Shown piece by piece: positions 40,746 to 50,035 of a stretch of DNA of 64,000 nt. The stretch comes from an uncultured Planctomycetaceae bacterium. GTDB taxonomy: Bacteria; Planctomycetota; Planctomycetia; Planctomycetales; Planctomycetaceae. How positions within the stretch are numbered: the first letter of the stretch is position 1; every line of letters begins with the position of its first letter. The translations under genes were made by a program, and so were the position numbers. The notes beneath the pieces are model-generated. The model saw nothing but the letters and a program-made list of their open reading frames with translations. It ran no database searches and was not told where the DNA came from. The stretch lies in contig CAXBME010000015.1 of the NCBI GenBank assembly GCA_963976765.1, forward strand, positions 1-64,000. The letters are read 5' to 3'.

Positions 40746-40814
40746 GCTTGAGAGTCGAGAAGTCATTTCAGATACATTGCCATCGAAGTCATTACGCCGG
40801 CAAACAGCAACAGG

Positions 40815-42692
40815 ATGAGCGGAATGGACTCCCTCTTCGGAATTCTGCATCGAGACGGCCAGCCCGCGTCGGCACGGATGGTCGAGCCGATGGCCCAGGC
40901 GATGTCAAAGCTAGGCTACTCCGGCAATGAGGAATACCGAGAGGGTTCCGTTGCTCTGGGAGCTGCGGTCGCTCATAGCCGGCAGACTTCGACCGTTCTG
41001 GTGTCCGATTCGCGACTGGACGACCGCCAGACGCTGTGCGAAAGGCTGAACGTCGCTGCTCCCGATCGGCGGGACATTACCGATTCGCAGTTAATCCTGG
41101 CTGCATGGCAGAAGTGGGGCGAAGACTGCCCTCGATATTTGCTGGGCGATTACTCGTTCGCCATCTGGAATCCCGGTACGCAGGAACTGTTCTGTGCTCG
41201 TGACCATATTGGTGCCCGACCGTTCTACTACTACTATGACGATCGCGTGTTCGTGTTCGCCAGCGACATCCGCGGTCTACTTGCCTGCCCGGAAACGCCT
41301 CGAAAACTGGATGATGCCTACGTCGCAGCCTACTGTCGACAGGTGACGTTCACGCATCCCTCGCGAACGTTTTATGCAGACCAGTTAAAACTGCCTCCCG
41401 GCCACACAATTACGGTGTCCACTGCTGGAACACCGCAACTTCGCGCGTACTGGACTCCGGAGGACGCCCCGGAAATTCGATTGAAATCAACAGAGGAATA
41501 CGCCGAAGGACTGCAGGAACGCATTCGGGAAGCGGTCCGTGACCGGATCGGCAGTGAGAACGCCGTCGGTGCACACATTAGCGGAGGGCTGGATTGTTCC
41601 AGTGTCGCCGTCCTCGCCGCTCGTCAGTTGCGTCAGGTCGGCAGTTCACTGCAGGCGTTTGCCTGGTCCAGCCCTCACTTACCGGGCGAACCAGAGTCGA
41701 CTTCTACACAGATCATAGAAGAAATTGGCCGACTCGAAGACTTTCCGATTCATTATCGTGCGCAGCTCAGTTCACAATGGTGGCTGCGCGATGTAAGTTG
41801 CGAACCGACGTTCGACATGGGCAGTGAAGTGGACGTAGGGCCGGATGCAGCCAGCCGTGGCGTACGTCTGATGCTTTCCGGCTGGGGGGGCGATGAAGCC
41901 GCCAGCTTCAATGGCCGAGGCTACTACGCCGAACAGTTTCGACACGGAAAGTGGGTGACGCTGTTGCGTGAACTGTATGCCCGCGGCAGGATTTCCTCGA
42001 ATAGTCGTTTGAAGGGGCTTATTGGTATTCCGAAACAGTTCTGGGGGCGCGTGTTGACTCCACTGACTGCCAGTCTGGAATCACCGACAAAAGAATTGAC
42101 GGATTGTTTCAACGACGACTTTGCGGCTCAGCTGTCTGAAGTTGTACCGTTGACTGTCGCCATGCCCAGGTTCATTGATGTGCGATCGACGATGCAGGGG
42201 CTGGTCAGCAGGGGGCACCTTGCTCACCGTATGGAGCACTGGGCCGCGCACGGTGCGGCGTTCGGATTGACGTACGCCTATCCGCTGACCGATCGACGCG
42301 TCCTGGAGTTCAGTCTTGGAATCCCCTGTGAGCAGTTCGTCCATGAGGGAAGGACCCGCATGCTGTACCGCCGCGCTGTCAAGGATGTCCTGCCTGCCCG
42401 TTCGATGTGGTCTTCGAAACAGGATCAGGCCGTAAACTTCGATGCGGATCACTGGCGGTCTCGAACCTGCAAGGAACTGACAACGTTCCTGAAAGATAGA
42501 CAGACTGATCCTGATTGGGGGCACTGCATTGATTTCGAACGGACGCTGAACCGACTCAAGTCGCTGATGGCACTGGACAGGCCATGGGAGAATCGCGAAA
42601 ACAAATCGCTGAAAAAAACTCTTCTGGCGGTTTCGGCAGAGGTCATGTATCACCATCACGTCTGCCAGACTCGCATACCGGTGGCGGCGTAG
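40815..42692 (+). CDS. Lasso cyclase (C protein, asparagine synthetase-like)
   Basis: ARDHIG.RP.YY, SGGLDCSS, SGWGGDE, YP..DRR; lacks the N-terminal Cys of true AsnB. Confidence 0.92.
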   Translation: MSGMDSLFGILHRDGQPASARMVEPMAQAMSKLGYSGNEEYREGSVALGAAVAHSRQTSTVLVSDSRLDDRQTLCERLNVAAPDRRDITDSQLILAAWQKWGEDCPRYLLGDYSFAIWNPGTQELFCARDHIGARPFYYYYDDRVFVFASDIRGLLACPETPRKLDDAYVAAYCRQVTFTHPSRTFYADQLKLPPGHTITVSTAGTPQLRAYWTPEDAPEIRLKSTEEYAEGLQERIREAVRDRIGSENAVGAHISGGLDCSSVAVLAARQLRQVGSSLQAFAWSSPHLPGEPESTSTQIIEEIGRLEDFPIHYRAQLSSQWWLRDVSCEPTFDMGSEVDVGPDAASRGVRLMLSGWGGDEAASFNGRGYYAEQFRHGKWVTLLRELYARGRISSNSRLKGLIGIPKQFWGRVLTPLTASLESPTKELTDCFNDDFAAQLSEVVPLTVAMPRFIDVRSTMQGLVSRGHLAHRMEHWAAHGAAFGLTYAYPLTDRRVLEFSLGIPCEQFVHEGRTRMLYRRAVKDVLPARSMWSSKQDQAVNFDADHWRSRTCKELTTFLKDRQTDPDWGHCIDFERTLNRLKSLMALDRPWENRENKSLKKTLLAVSAEVMYHHHVCQTRIPVAA

Positions 42693-42745
42693 CACTGTCG
42701 CCCACAAGTCTGGTCCAGAAAGTTTCCAGGGAAGGAAGCACTGTC

Positions 42746-43318
42746 ATGATCTGCAAACCTCGATCAATTCGTGAACTGGGCTCCGTTGATCTCTCAGCAT
42801 TAATGCCTCTGGTTGATGCGATTCCAGAAGATATCTGGAACGAAGAGAACAGCCGCAAAGAAAACAGATTCTTCTGTTTTTCCCACACACGGCACATCGT
42901 CTTTCGATTCATGAAAGGCGCCGATCCTCGAAACTCGTATTCCAAACCATTGTGGGAAACCTGGAAGCCACACCTGCTGCCCATCATGGAACAGGTGACA
43001 GAAGCTTATGGATATTCGGTGCGTGCCTATCCCAAAGTGATGCTGGCAAGGCTGGAAGCCGGGCACGAAATCGACCGTCATCGTGATGCCGGTCCATCAA
43101 ACTATCTGACTCACAAAATTCACGTGCCACTTCAGACGAATTCGGAAGCCAGGATGTACATCCGACCGGATTATCATCACTTACGCGTTGGTCAGGCTTA
43201 TGAACTGAACAACGTGATTTCGCATGGTGTTGAGAACCACGGTAAGACAGACCGCATTCATCTGATCTTTGAATGCTTCGATCCGACAGCGGTAAACGTT
43301 CCGTGCGAGGCTGCGTGA
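42746..43318 (+). CDS. Asp/Asn beta-hydroxylase-family Fe(II)/2OG oxygenase
   Basis: IDRHRD (HxD), HKIHVPLQTN, NNVISHGVEN...DRIHLIFE. Confidence 0.85.
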   Translation: MICKPRSIRELGSVDLSALMPLVDAIPEDIWNEENSRKENRFFCFSHTRHIVFRFMKGADPRNSYSKPLWETWKPHLLPIMEQVTEAYGYSVRAYPKVMLARLEAGHEIDRHRDAGPSNYLTHKIHVPLQTNSEARMYIRPDYHHLRVGQAYELNNVISHGVENHGKTDRIHLIFECFDPTAVNVPCEAA

Positions 43319-43324
43319 CCAGCG

Positions 43325-44053
43325 ATGATTATCAATCACCAGTACCGGTTTATCTTCCTCAAAACGCGGAAGACTGCCGGCACGAGCATCGAAATCGCAC
43401 TGTCGCAGTTCTGTGGCGAAGGTGACGTACTGACACCGATTTCCGAAGACGACGAGCATTTGCGTCGGCAGGCTGGTTATGCAGGACCTCAAAACCATCA
43501 ATTCCCGCTTGCACGCATGCAAGGACGAGACTGGCTGCAATGGTGCAGAAGTCGACAGCGGCCTGGATTTCGTCGTCACGCAAGTATCACCAAAGTCCGG
43601 AAACATGTGCCTCGCGACATCTGGAAGAATTACTTTAAGTTCTGCTTCGAACGCAACCCATTTGATAAAGCGATCAGCAGGTACTACTGGAGCACGAGTG
43701 CCCCACGGCCAGCGATTGATGACTTCCTGGAGACTGCTCCACCATTACTGTTGTCGAACTGGAATACCTATACCGTCGACGATGAACTGGCAGTGGATTT
43801 CATCGGTCGCTACGAGAACCTCGTAGAGGAACTGTCTCAAGTGGCGAGTCGTCTTGGGCTGCCTGGAACGATCGATCTGCCCCTTGCGAAGGTCGGGGTT
43901 CGGACAAATCGAGACCACTACAGCAACGTATTGAATTCACAGGCGCGATCCAGAATTGAATCTGTTTGTGCCAAAGAAATTGCCGCTTTTAATTATCAAT
44001 GGTGCGAGTCGTCTGAAGTTGAAGCGACAGGCCGTCCCAGCGTCTCAATCTGA
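43325..44053 (+). CDS. Sulfotransferase 3 (Sulfotransfer_2-like)
   Basis: FLKTRKTAGTSI, RNPFDKAIS.Y, DFIGRYENL. Confidence 0.85.
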   Translation: MIINHQYRFIFLKTRKTAGTSIEIALSQFCGEGDVLTPISEDDEHLRRQAGYAGPQNHQFPLARMQGRDWLQWCRSRQRPGFRRHASITKVRKHVPRDIWKNYFKFCFERNPFDKAISRYYWSTSAPRPAIDDFLETAPPLLLSNWNTYTVDDELAVDFIGRYENLVEELSQVASRLGLPGTIDLPLAKVGVRTNRDHYSNVLNSQARSRIESVCAKEIAAFNYQWCESSEVEATGRPSVSI

Positions 44054-44063
44054 AAATGGTGTG

Positions 44064-45344
44064 ATGAATCAGCAGAATTCCGGCGGCGGCCAGATCCCAT
44101 ATATCCATGAACTCGCATCGTCAGTCCGCAAACAATGGAAGCGGGTGGATTATTGTGAATCATCGCTTCCGGACATCGCCGTCGAAGCGTTCGGCGCTGC
44201 GTCATTGCCAGATGACCTGAACCTTTCAAAGCTTCTCACCTGGGGTATTACGGCAGAGCCTCTGCCCGTTCAGGGAAACAACACCGGCTTCGGGAATCCT
44301 CCGATCTGCCTGCACCACGACGAGCGATTTTACATCGACGCGTACGTCTGGCGCGATAGCACGACAACGATCCACGATCACGGTTTCAACGGAGCCTTCT
44401 GCGTCCTCCAGGGAGAAAGTCTGCAAACGCGGTTTCGATTTCAAGCCGACGATCATCCCACAGCTTCTCTGGAGTTTGGCGACCTGCACGCAGCAGACTG
44501 CGAAGTCCTGAGTCGTGGCGACATTCGCCCAATCCATTCTGGATCGAAGTTGATTCACTCAGTCTTTCACCTGATGCATCCGTCCGTGACACTGTGCATT
44601 CGCAGTTTCCAGGACTCAGGAGTTCTGACTCAACGCGAGTACCATCTGCCACATACTGCCCATTTCTCGTCAGGAGCCTGGAAAAATAAACGTTCGCCAC
44701 TGGGAAAAAGACTGGCGATGATTGAGTGTGGTTTTGGCTTACGTGACTCGACCGTAAAGCAGATGACGCATGAACTGGTGGCGGCTGGTGACTGGATGGA
44801 AACCTTCCAGATAGTCTCGATGGTGGCTACAAAGTCTGGTATCCACGAAGCAGAACCGTTGCTGGAAAAAATTGGCCAACGACATGGAGGTCGAGCCAAA
44901 AGGATTGAAAGTACGCTCCGGGAAACTTGCCGCCGACAGGAAGTGCTTGGAATGCGACAACTCGTTCGCAATCAGGATCAGCGTTTTCTGATTGCGTTGC
45001 TGGCGAACCTGCCGGATCGCCAGGCGATACTGAATCAGATCCGCCTGCGTTATCCGGAAGCCGCTCCTGCAGAGCAGATCGGCAGGATCTATTCGGGTAT
45101 CGCGGAATCGCTGTCGGGATGCGTTACCGCCCCCATTGCGAAGATGCACTCATTGAATGCGCTGGCAATCCCTCACATGCTGCAAGGACTGCCGGACAAT
45201 CTGGTGATTGCTCGGGTCATGGAAGAAGGTCGTCAGAACAACATGAAGTTTGACCAGACAACTGTGGAAGCGAGCGTTAAATCGTTACCAGACGCCAATC
45301 TGTTGAAACCACTTTTTTCTGAGCCGCTCGTGAAAGCCGCGTGA
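44064..45344 (+). CDS. Uncharacterised protein with a cysteine-dioxygenase-like cupin and a helical C-terminal region
   Basis: TTIHDHGFNGAFCVLQG...LIHSVFH three-His pattern. Confidence 0.6.
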   Translation: MNQQNSGGGQIPYIHELASSVRKQWKRVDYCESSLPDIAVEAFGAASLPDDLNLSKLLTWGITAEPLPVQGNNTGFGNPPICLHHDERFYIDAYVWRDSTTTIHDHGFNGAFCVLQGESLQTRFRFQADDHPTASLEFGDLHAADCEVLSRGDIRPIHSGSKLIHSVFHLMHPSVTLCIRSFQDSGVLTQREYHLPHTAHFSSGAWKNKRSPLGKRLAMIECGFGLRDSTVKQMTHELVAAGDWMETFQIVSMVATKSGIHEAEPLLEKIGQRHGGRAKRIESTLRETCRRQEVLGMRQLVRNQDQRFLIALLANLPDRQAILNQIRLRYPEAAPAEQIGRIYSGIAESLSGCVTAPIAKMHSLNALAIPHMLQGLPDNLVIARVMEEGRQNNMKFDQTTVEASVKSLPDANLLKPLFSEPLVKAA

Positions 45345-45437
45345 ATTACAACGGCGACAGGACGTTCCGTCTTTCAGAGTCATTCTCAAACTGGAACGCT
45401 CTCTTGCGGATGGCCCATCGAGTCGCATTCAGCACCC

Positions 45438-46055
45438 ATGATCATCTCTCATCACCACCGTTACGTTTTCGTCGCCGTACCGCGCACGGGCACACATTCA
45501 TTGCGGCATGCACTGCGACGTCATCTGGGCAATGATGACTGGGAGCAATGTATTCTGTTCGAAAAAAAGACACTGCCGATCCAGCCTCTCGCCAGAATCG
45601 GTCACGGGCATGTGAGCTGTACGCAACTTCGAGCTCATTTTCATCCACAGTTGTGGAATCATTACTTCAAGTTCTGTTTCGTTCGGAATCCATACGACCG
45701 ATTCGTCTCCGCCTGCTGTTTTGCGAATCGGGAGAACGATCGGATGTCGGATGACCCGCTTGGAACCATGAAGCGAACTCTGGACAGTGAAAAGACTCGG
45801 CAGCATTTCCTGTTTCGTCCGCAGTACGAACTGGTTACCGACTCAGACGGGCAATTACTGGTCGACTACGTTGGACGGTTCGAAGACTACCAGAAGCACT
45901 TCGAGTCGATCGCCCAGCAGATAGGACTGCCGAAGCAACAGTTGGAAATCGCGAATGCGTCTCCGCGTCAGTCCGATGAAATGTGTTGCGATGATGAGTT
46001 GAAACAGGGGCTTCGACAGGTTTACGAACGCGATTTCAAGTTGTTCGGTTATTAG
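45438..46055 (+). CDS. Sulfotransferase 4 (Sulfotransfer_2-like)
   Basis: FVAVPRTGTHS, FVRNPYDRFVS, RPQ, DYVGRFE. Confidence 0.85.
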   Translation: MIISHHHRYVFVAVPRTGTHSLRHALRRHLGNDDWEQCILFEKKTLPIQPLARIGHGHVSCTQLRAHFHPQLWNHYFKFCFVRNPYDRFVSACCFANRENDRMSDDPLGTMKRTLDSEKTRQHFLFRPQYELVTDSDGQLLVDYVGRFEDYQKHFESIAQQIGLPKQQLEIANASPRQSDEMCCDDELKQGLRQVYERDFKLFGY

Positions 46056-46069
46056 AGCCTCTACCGCGT

Positions 46070-47260
46070 TTATAAATCTTCCGGCGGTCTTCGGCCACAT
46101 CCTGAAACCACACTTGCCAGATGATTCCAACGGCTCAAATGCGGTTTGAGAATCCCCGCTTCAGCGAGATCATCCTGCTTCGGCAGGACGGCCCTGAACA
46201 GGCTGTCGACGAAGTAGCGAAAATTCCCTGACAGTTTCCAGCGAAGCAGACCAACGTTGGTTCCATTGATGTATTTTTCATCATCCGAATACAAAGCGTC
46301 CATCATCATCGATACAGGAACTTCAAGCGTACTTCGCCATGTCTCAAACTGATCAATATGCTGATCAAGTGGGGCTGTAAGCGAAAGATTCTCAAGCATC
46401 ATTAGAGCGGCTGCGACCATTCGAGATGATTGTTGTGGCAACTCCTGAAGTGTCGAATTCCAATCTTCAGGACGAATTTTCCTGGCGGCCATCGCGAAGT
46501 CACACAGCCAGGACAATCGCGTGCAGCCATGTTTACAGGCATGAAAGGCCAGATACTGCACGGCCACATCCGCTGGCATCGTCGGAAAGTCTATTCCACC
46601 GACATGACAGGTCGTTGGTGAGGCAATCAGTTCCTCGAATGGCAGCGAAAAGAGACCAGCGTCCTCAGAAAGTCTCCAGTGGACGTCAACCGACGATCTT
46701 CCACCGGGATGAATCACGGTGTGCGACTTGAATCGTCTGAGAAACTGGCGAAGGCGCTTCCCTGACAGATTCTCGACAGCGGCATCAGCATTTCTGTAGC
46801 CAAGACTTTGGAGCACTTCCAGCGTCGGCACAAGATCGTCGGGCGTGATCAAGAGATCGAGATCGATAAACTGCCGACGATGAAGCCCGCCGTAGACGTC
46901 TTTGGCCAGAACCGGTCCTTTGAAGGGCCATACCTGAATCTTCTGATCCTTCAAGAGCGTCACGATCTGGCACAACTCCTGAACCAGCCGCTGATTTTTC
47001 CGAGCAATGGACAGTTGCCGTCTTGCCAACTGGTCTATGATTGGCACCGTCACACCGGTGTCTCGAAGTCCGACCAGGGATGCACAAACCAAAGGAGTAA
47101 CCCGGTGGCGTCGCACCAGTTTCAGGAAGCGGTCATCGCTGAGGTTTGACAGCTCTTGAATCAGACGATCAGAAATCGGTTCATCGGCAATCTGATTCCG
47201 AACACAGCCGAGCATTAGCTGCCATTCCGCTGACAGTGTGTCGTTTCGAGATTCCTGCAT
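46070..47260 (-). CDS. Nucleotidyltransferase-family protein (NTP_transf_5, lasso-associated type)
   Basis: FKGPVLA..VYG...RQFIDLDLLI, VDVHWRL, H..KH...RL.WLCD. Confidence 0.88.
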   Translation of the reverse strand: MQESRNDTLSAEWQLMLGCVRNQIADEPISDRLIQELSNLSDDRFLKLVRRHRVTPLVCASLVGLRDTGVTVPIIDQLARRQLSIARKNQRLVQELCQIVTLLKDQKIQVWPFKGPVLAKDVYGGLHRRQFIDLDLLITPDDLVPTLEVLQSLGYRNADAAVENLSGKRLRQFLRRFKSHTVIHPGGRSSVDVHWRLSEDAGLFSLPFEELIASPTTCHVGGIDFPTMPADVAVQYLAFHACKHGCTRLSWLCDFAMAARKIRPEDWNSTLQELPQQSSRMVAAALMMLENLSLTAPLDQHIDQFETWRSTLEVPVSMMMDALYSDDEKYINGTNVGLLRWKLSGNFRYFVDSLFRAVLPKQDDLAEAGILKPHLSRWNHLASVVSGCGRRPPEDL

Positions 47261-47477
47261 TGCGAGAATTACTGCTCCCTGGGCGGTCCAAACGGCAAAG
47301 CCTTTCTATCGATCAATGCGAACTGCGACAACCCGGATTGGAACGAGTCCCGGTTTGAGAAACGACCGTGGTGGAGCATCGCGATCCAACGTTTTAGTCG
47401 TCTATGAAACCGTATGGTGTCAGATCACCAATCCAGCTATGACAGGAAAAACCCTCGCGAAGTCGGCAGGAGCCAAA

Positions 47478-48731
47478 ATGCAACCAGATGCGAAGTGTCA
47501 TGCGGACACCGGCAAAAGTGTGGCTTCCACACCAACGAACTCAATCACATCTGCTGAAACAGCCAGAATCATTCGGCTATTCGGCCTCGGGCTGCTTCTG
47601 CGAATGGTGCTGCTCCTGGCGTTCCACTTTACGGGGGTGGAGCAAACGCTGGTTCTGAGTAAGGACGCGGCCCTTTATGACCAGATGGGAAAGCAAATCG
47701 CGGAGTACTATCGAACCGGGGGAGCAACGGCCTGGCCGGCTCACGTAACTGGAACTCTCGATCACCTGTATGAGCACGTCGTCGGAGTCACCTACTACCT
47801 GACAGGCAATTCGATACTGGCTATCCGCCTGATCAATGCGATTTGCGGAAGTCTTGTAATTCTCACGACATGGAGGATGGCACGCTATTTGACAGATGCA
47901 AGGACTGCATTCTATGCCAGCCTCGGCGCTTGCTTCCTGCCGACTCTCGTCTACTACTCCTGCCTGCCGATTCTGGATGCACAAAGCACCTGTGCAATGA
48001 GTCTTGTGTTCCTTGGCATGACAGCGATGACGTCTTCCGGGAAACGGCGGCACATGCTGGCACTGCCAATTGGCTTATTGCTGACAGCGGGTTTTCGTTC
48101 TTACGTGGCATTCGTGTTGCTGTTTCTGATTCCTGCATCCTGGCTTGTGACCATCCTCGCCACGAAGTCACGACACGAGTTTCGTCCGGCATATCGGTGC
48201 ATGCTCGTCGCCATCCTCGTTATGGCTGCGATTGGTCCACCTGCAGTGGCTGAGATGTACTCGAATTCAAAGGTAAAGAGAGCTACGAATGTAACCAGTT
48301 GGAACGGCATCAGGAAAAAGATGAATAGCGGACGAGGAGCGATCTATGAAAAGGGAAGTGTCCCAGGTATTGGCGAGTCATCTCTCGAAACAGTCAAGAG
48401 CGTCGCTACTGGGCTCTACTTCTTCGTTGTCAGCATCAACCCGACAAAGATGGGCAGTATCCGGCAATGGATGGCTCTCCCAGAGGTTCTTCTTGTCCTG
48501 TTCATGTCCCCGAAAATACTTCGTGGGTTCTGCACAATCATGCGTGACTACAGATTCGAATACTTGTCCGTCGTACTCGTCGCGCTTGCACTTACGATTG
48601 CCTATTCCACCGTGACAACAAACGCTGGCCCGTTGATGCGATGGCGACTTCAAGTCGCAAGCGTTTACATCACCCTTGCGGCCGTCGGATTTGCAAATCC
48701 CGAAAAGAAGCAACTCATCAACGATCAATGA
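47478..48731 (+). CDS. Polytopic membrane protein, GT-C or polysaccharide-polymerase-like
   Basis: AGGAG RBS; roughly 10 hydrophobic segments; DAALY near the N-terminus and NAGPLMRWR near the C-terminus. Confidence 0.55.
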   Translation: MQPDAKCHADTGKSVASTPTNSITSAETARIIRLFGLGLLLRMVLLLAFHFTGVEQTLVLSKDAALYDQMGKQIAEYYRTGGATAWPAHVTGTLDHLYEHVVGVTYYLTGNSILAIRLINAICGSLVILTTWRMARYLTDARTAFYASLGACFLPTLVYYSCLPILDAQSTCAMSLVFLGMTAMTSSGKRRHMLALPIGLLLTAGFRSYVAFVLLFLIPASWLVTILATKSRHEFRPAYRCMLVAILVMAAIGPPAVAEMYSNSKVKRATNVTSWNGIRKKMNSGRGAIYEKGSVPGIGESSLETVKSVATGLYFFVVSINPTKMGSIRQWMALPEVLLVLFMSPKILRGFCTIMRDYRFEYLSVVLVALALTIAYSTVTTNAGPLMRWRLQVASVYITLAAVGFANPEKKQLINDQ

Positions 48732-48961
48732 CTTGTACGATCCTGGGGGACAGTCAGGCACGAGGATTCGCTCGACACTGACATCCAACTGATGACGCAG
48801 CTATTTGATGCTTTCGCCCCAGCGTGATCAGTTGTCGCCGCACCTGTCGACAAAGCCGGAGCATTTTCAGCGATCTCTATTGTGCAGATGATCGGCGAAT
48901 ACGATCGGACAGAGGTGGTTCCACGAGCTGAATCGCCAACATCGTAGCGTCATCGTAAAAC

Positions 48962-49080
48962 ACCCAGTACAGAGCTGAGTTTTTCGGAACGGAACTGATC
49001 ACGCAGTTACTGGAAGCTCGTGAAGAACGAGTGCTGCTGCGACTGAAAGCCCAACTTGCAAAGCTCGACCTGCTCATCGT
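48962..49080 (+). pseudogene. istB: IS21-family IstB fragment
   Basis: YRAEFFGTELITQLLEAREERVLLRLKAQLAKLDLLI, breaking just before the Walker B DE. Confidence 0.75.
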
Positions 49081-49149
49081 CTACTACTCATCGCAGAAAC
49101 GGCACTTCCCTCCGCACACAGTGAACCCATCCGCGGAACTGGAACTGGG

Positions 49150-49470
49150 ATGTTTTACGATCGAGAATGCCAGGCCAGTCTCTGTATTCGATGATTCGAC
49201 CAGGTTTCAGTTTCTCAGCCAACAGGATGACTGGCCATTTCCGGTTCACTTCATTCTGGCAAAAACCGAAATACGCCCGGTGAGTTGGCCCATCTACTGA
49301 TTGAGGATGCTGATTTGGAGTATGGCTGGATTTCGATTCGCAATCGAAAGGAACGTGGCTGGCAGATCAAGACGGGACGCGAGCGGAATGTTCCGATCGG
49401 CCCGGAATCCACCAGTGTTCTTCGGAGAGTGATCGCGAATCGAATTACAGGTCCGGTGCCCGTCTATTAC
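49150..49470 (+). pseudogene. Tyrosine recombinase fragment (frameshifted)
   Basis: FILAKTEIRP and GELAHLLIEDADL...IKTGRERNVPI together rebuild box I (TGxRxxE) and the catalytic Lys across a frameshift near 49275. Confidence 0.7.
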
Positions 49471-50035
49471 AAAAGTCCTCGGGAGAGTTCAGCACGATTG
49501 CCACCGGCTGACAGTGGAACATCCCCGACCCGCTGAGACCGATCAGACGACAAAGAACATTCTGGGAACTTGAATGTTCATCTTCGATTCTGACACTTCC
49601 GATTCTGAGACCTGACCGCATGGTTCCTTTGTCTCCCTCGTAGAGTCAGCCGACTTGAAAACACTGACGGTCGAGTATGAACCCGGCGACTGTGGCAATC
49701 CGAACGTGTTCTGGCTCTCGGCTGCGGGGACGGCGCGGGGCTTGTTTTTGCCTACGGAAAACTCACACCCTCGCAGGCTGCTTCGACGAGGGGAGGCACA
49801 TTCAGGAACTTGCGTCCGACGACTCGTTTGCAACTCGCAGATCATCCGCGAGACTATCGAGCCCTCGTTTCGGGTGCTCTGGTCATAAACATTCGGAATG
49901 CCGAATGCGCCACTCATTCTTCCAGCGATGCAGAGCACCGATTCAACCAAGGCATGCTGGCACTGGTTAAGCCAGTGCCACACTATTTCAACCTGACGCC
50001 TCAACTGTCCGATTTCCAACGTACGGATCACAAGC

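Noticed and set aside
40815..42692. Housekeeping asparagine synthetase asnB
   Set aside because: No N-terminal catalytic Cys, and it sits with B1, B2 and precursors, so lasso cyclase fits better.
49543..50030. ORFs 49543-50217 (-) and 49655-49888 (+), and a short gattctga direct repeat
   Set aside because: No family signature, partly a shadow of the downstream gene, and the repeat is too short to be meaningful.
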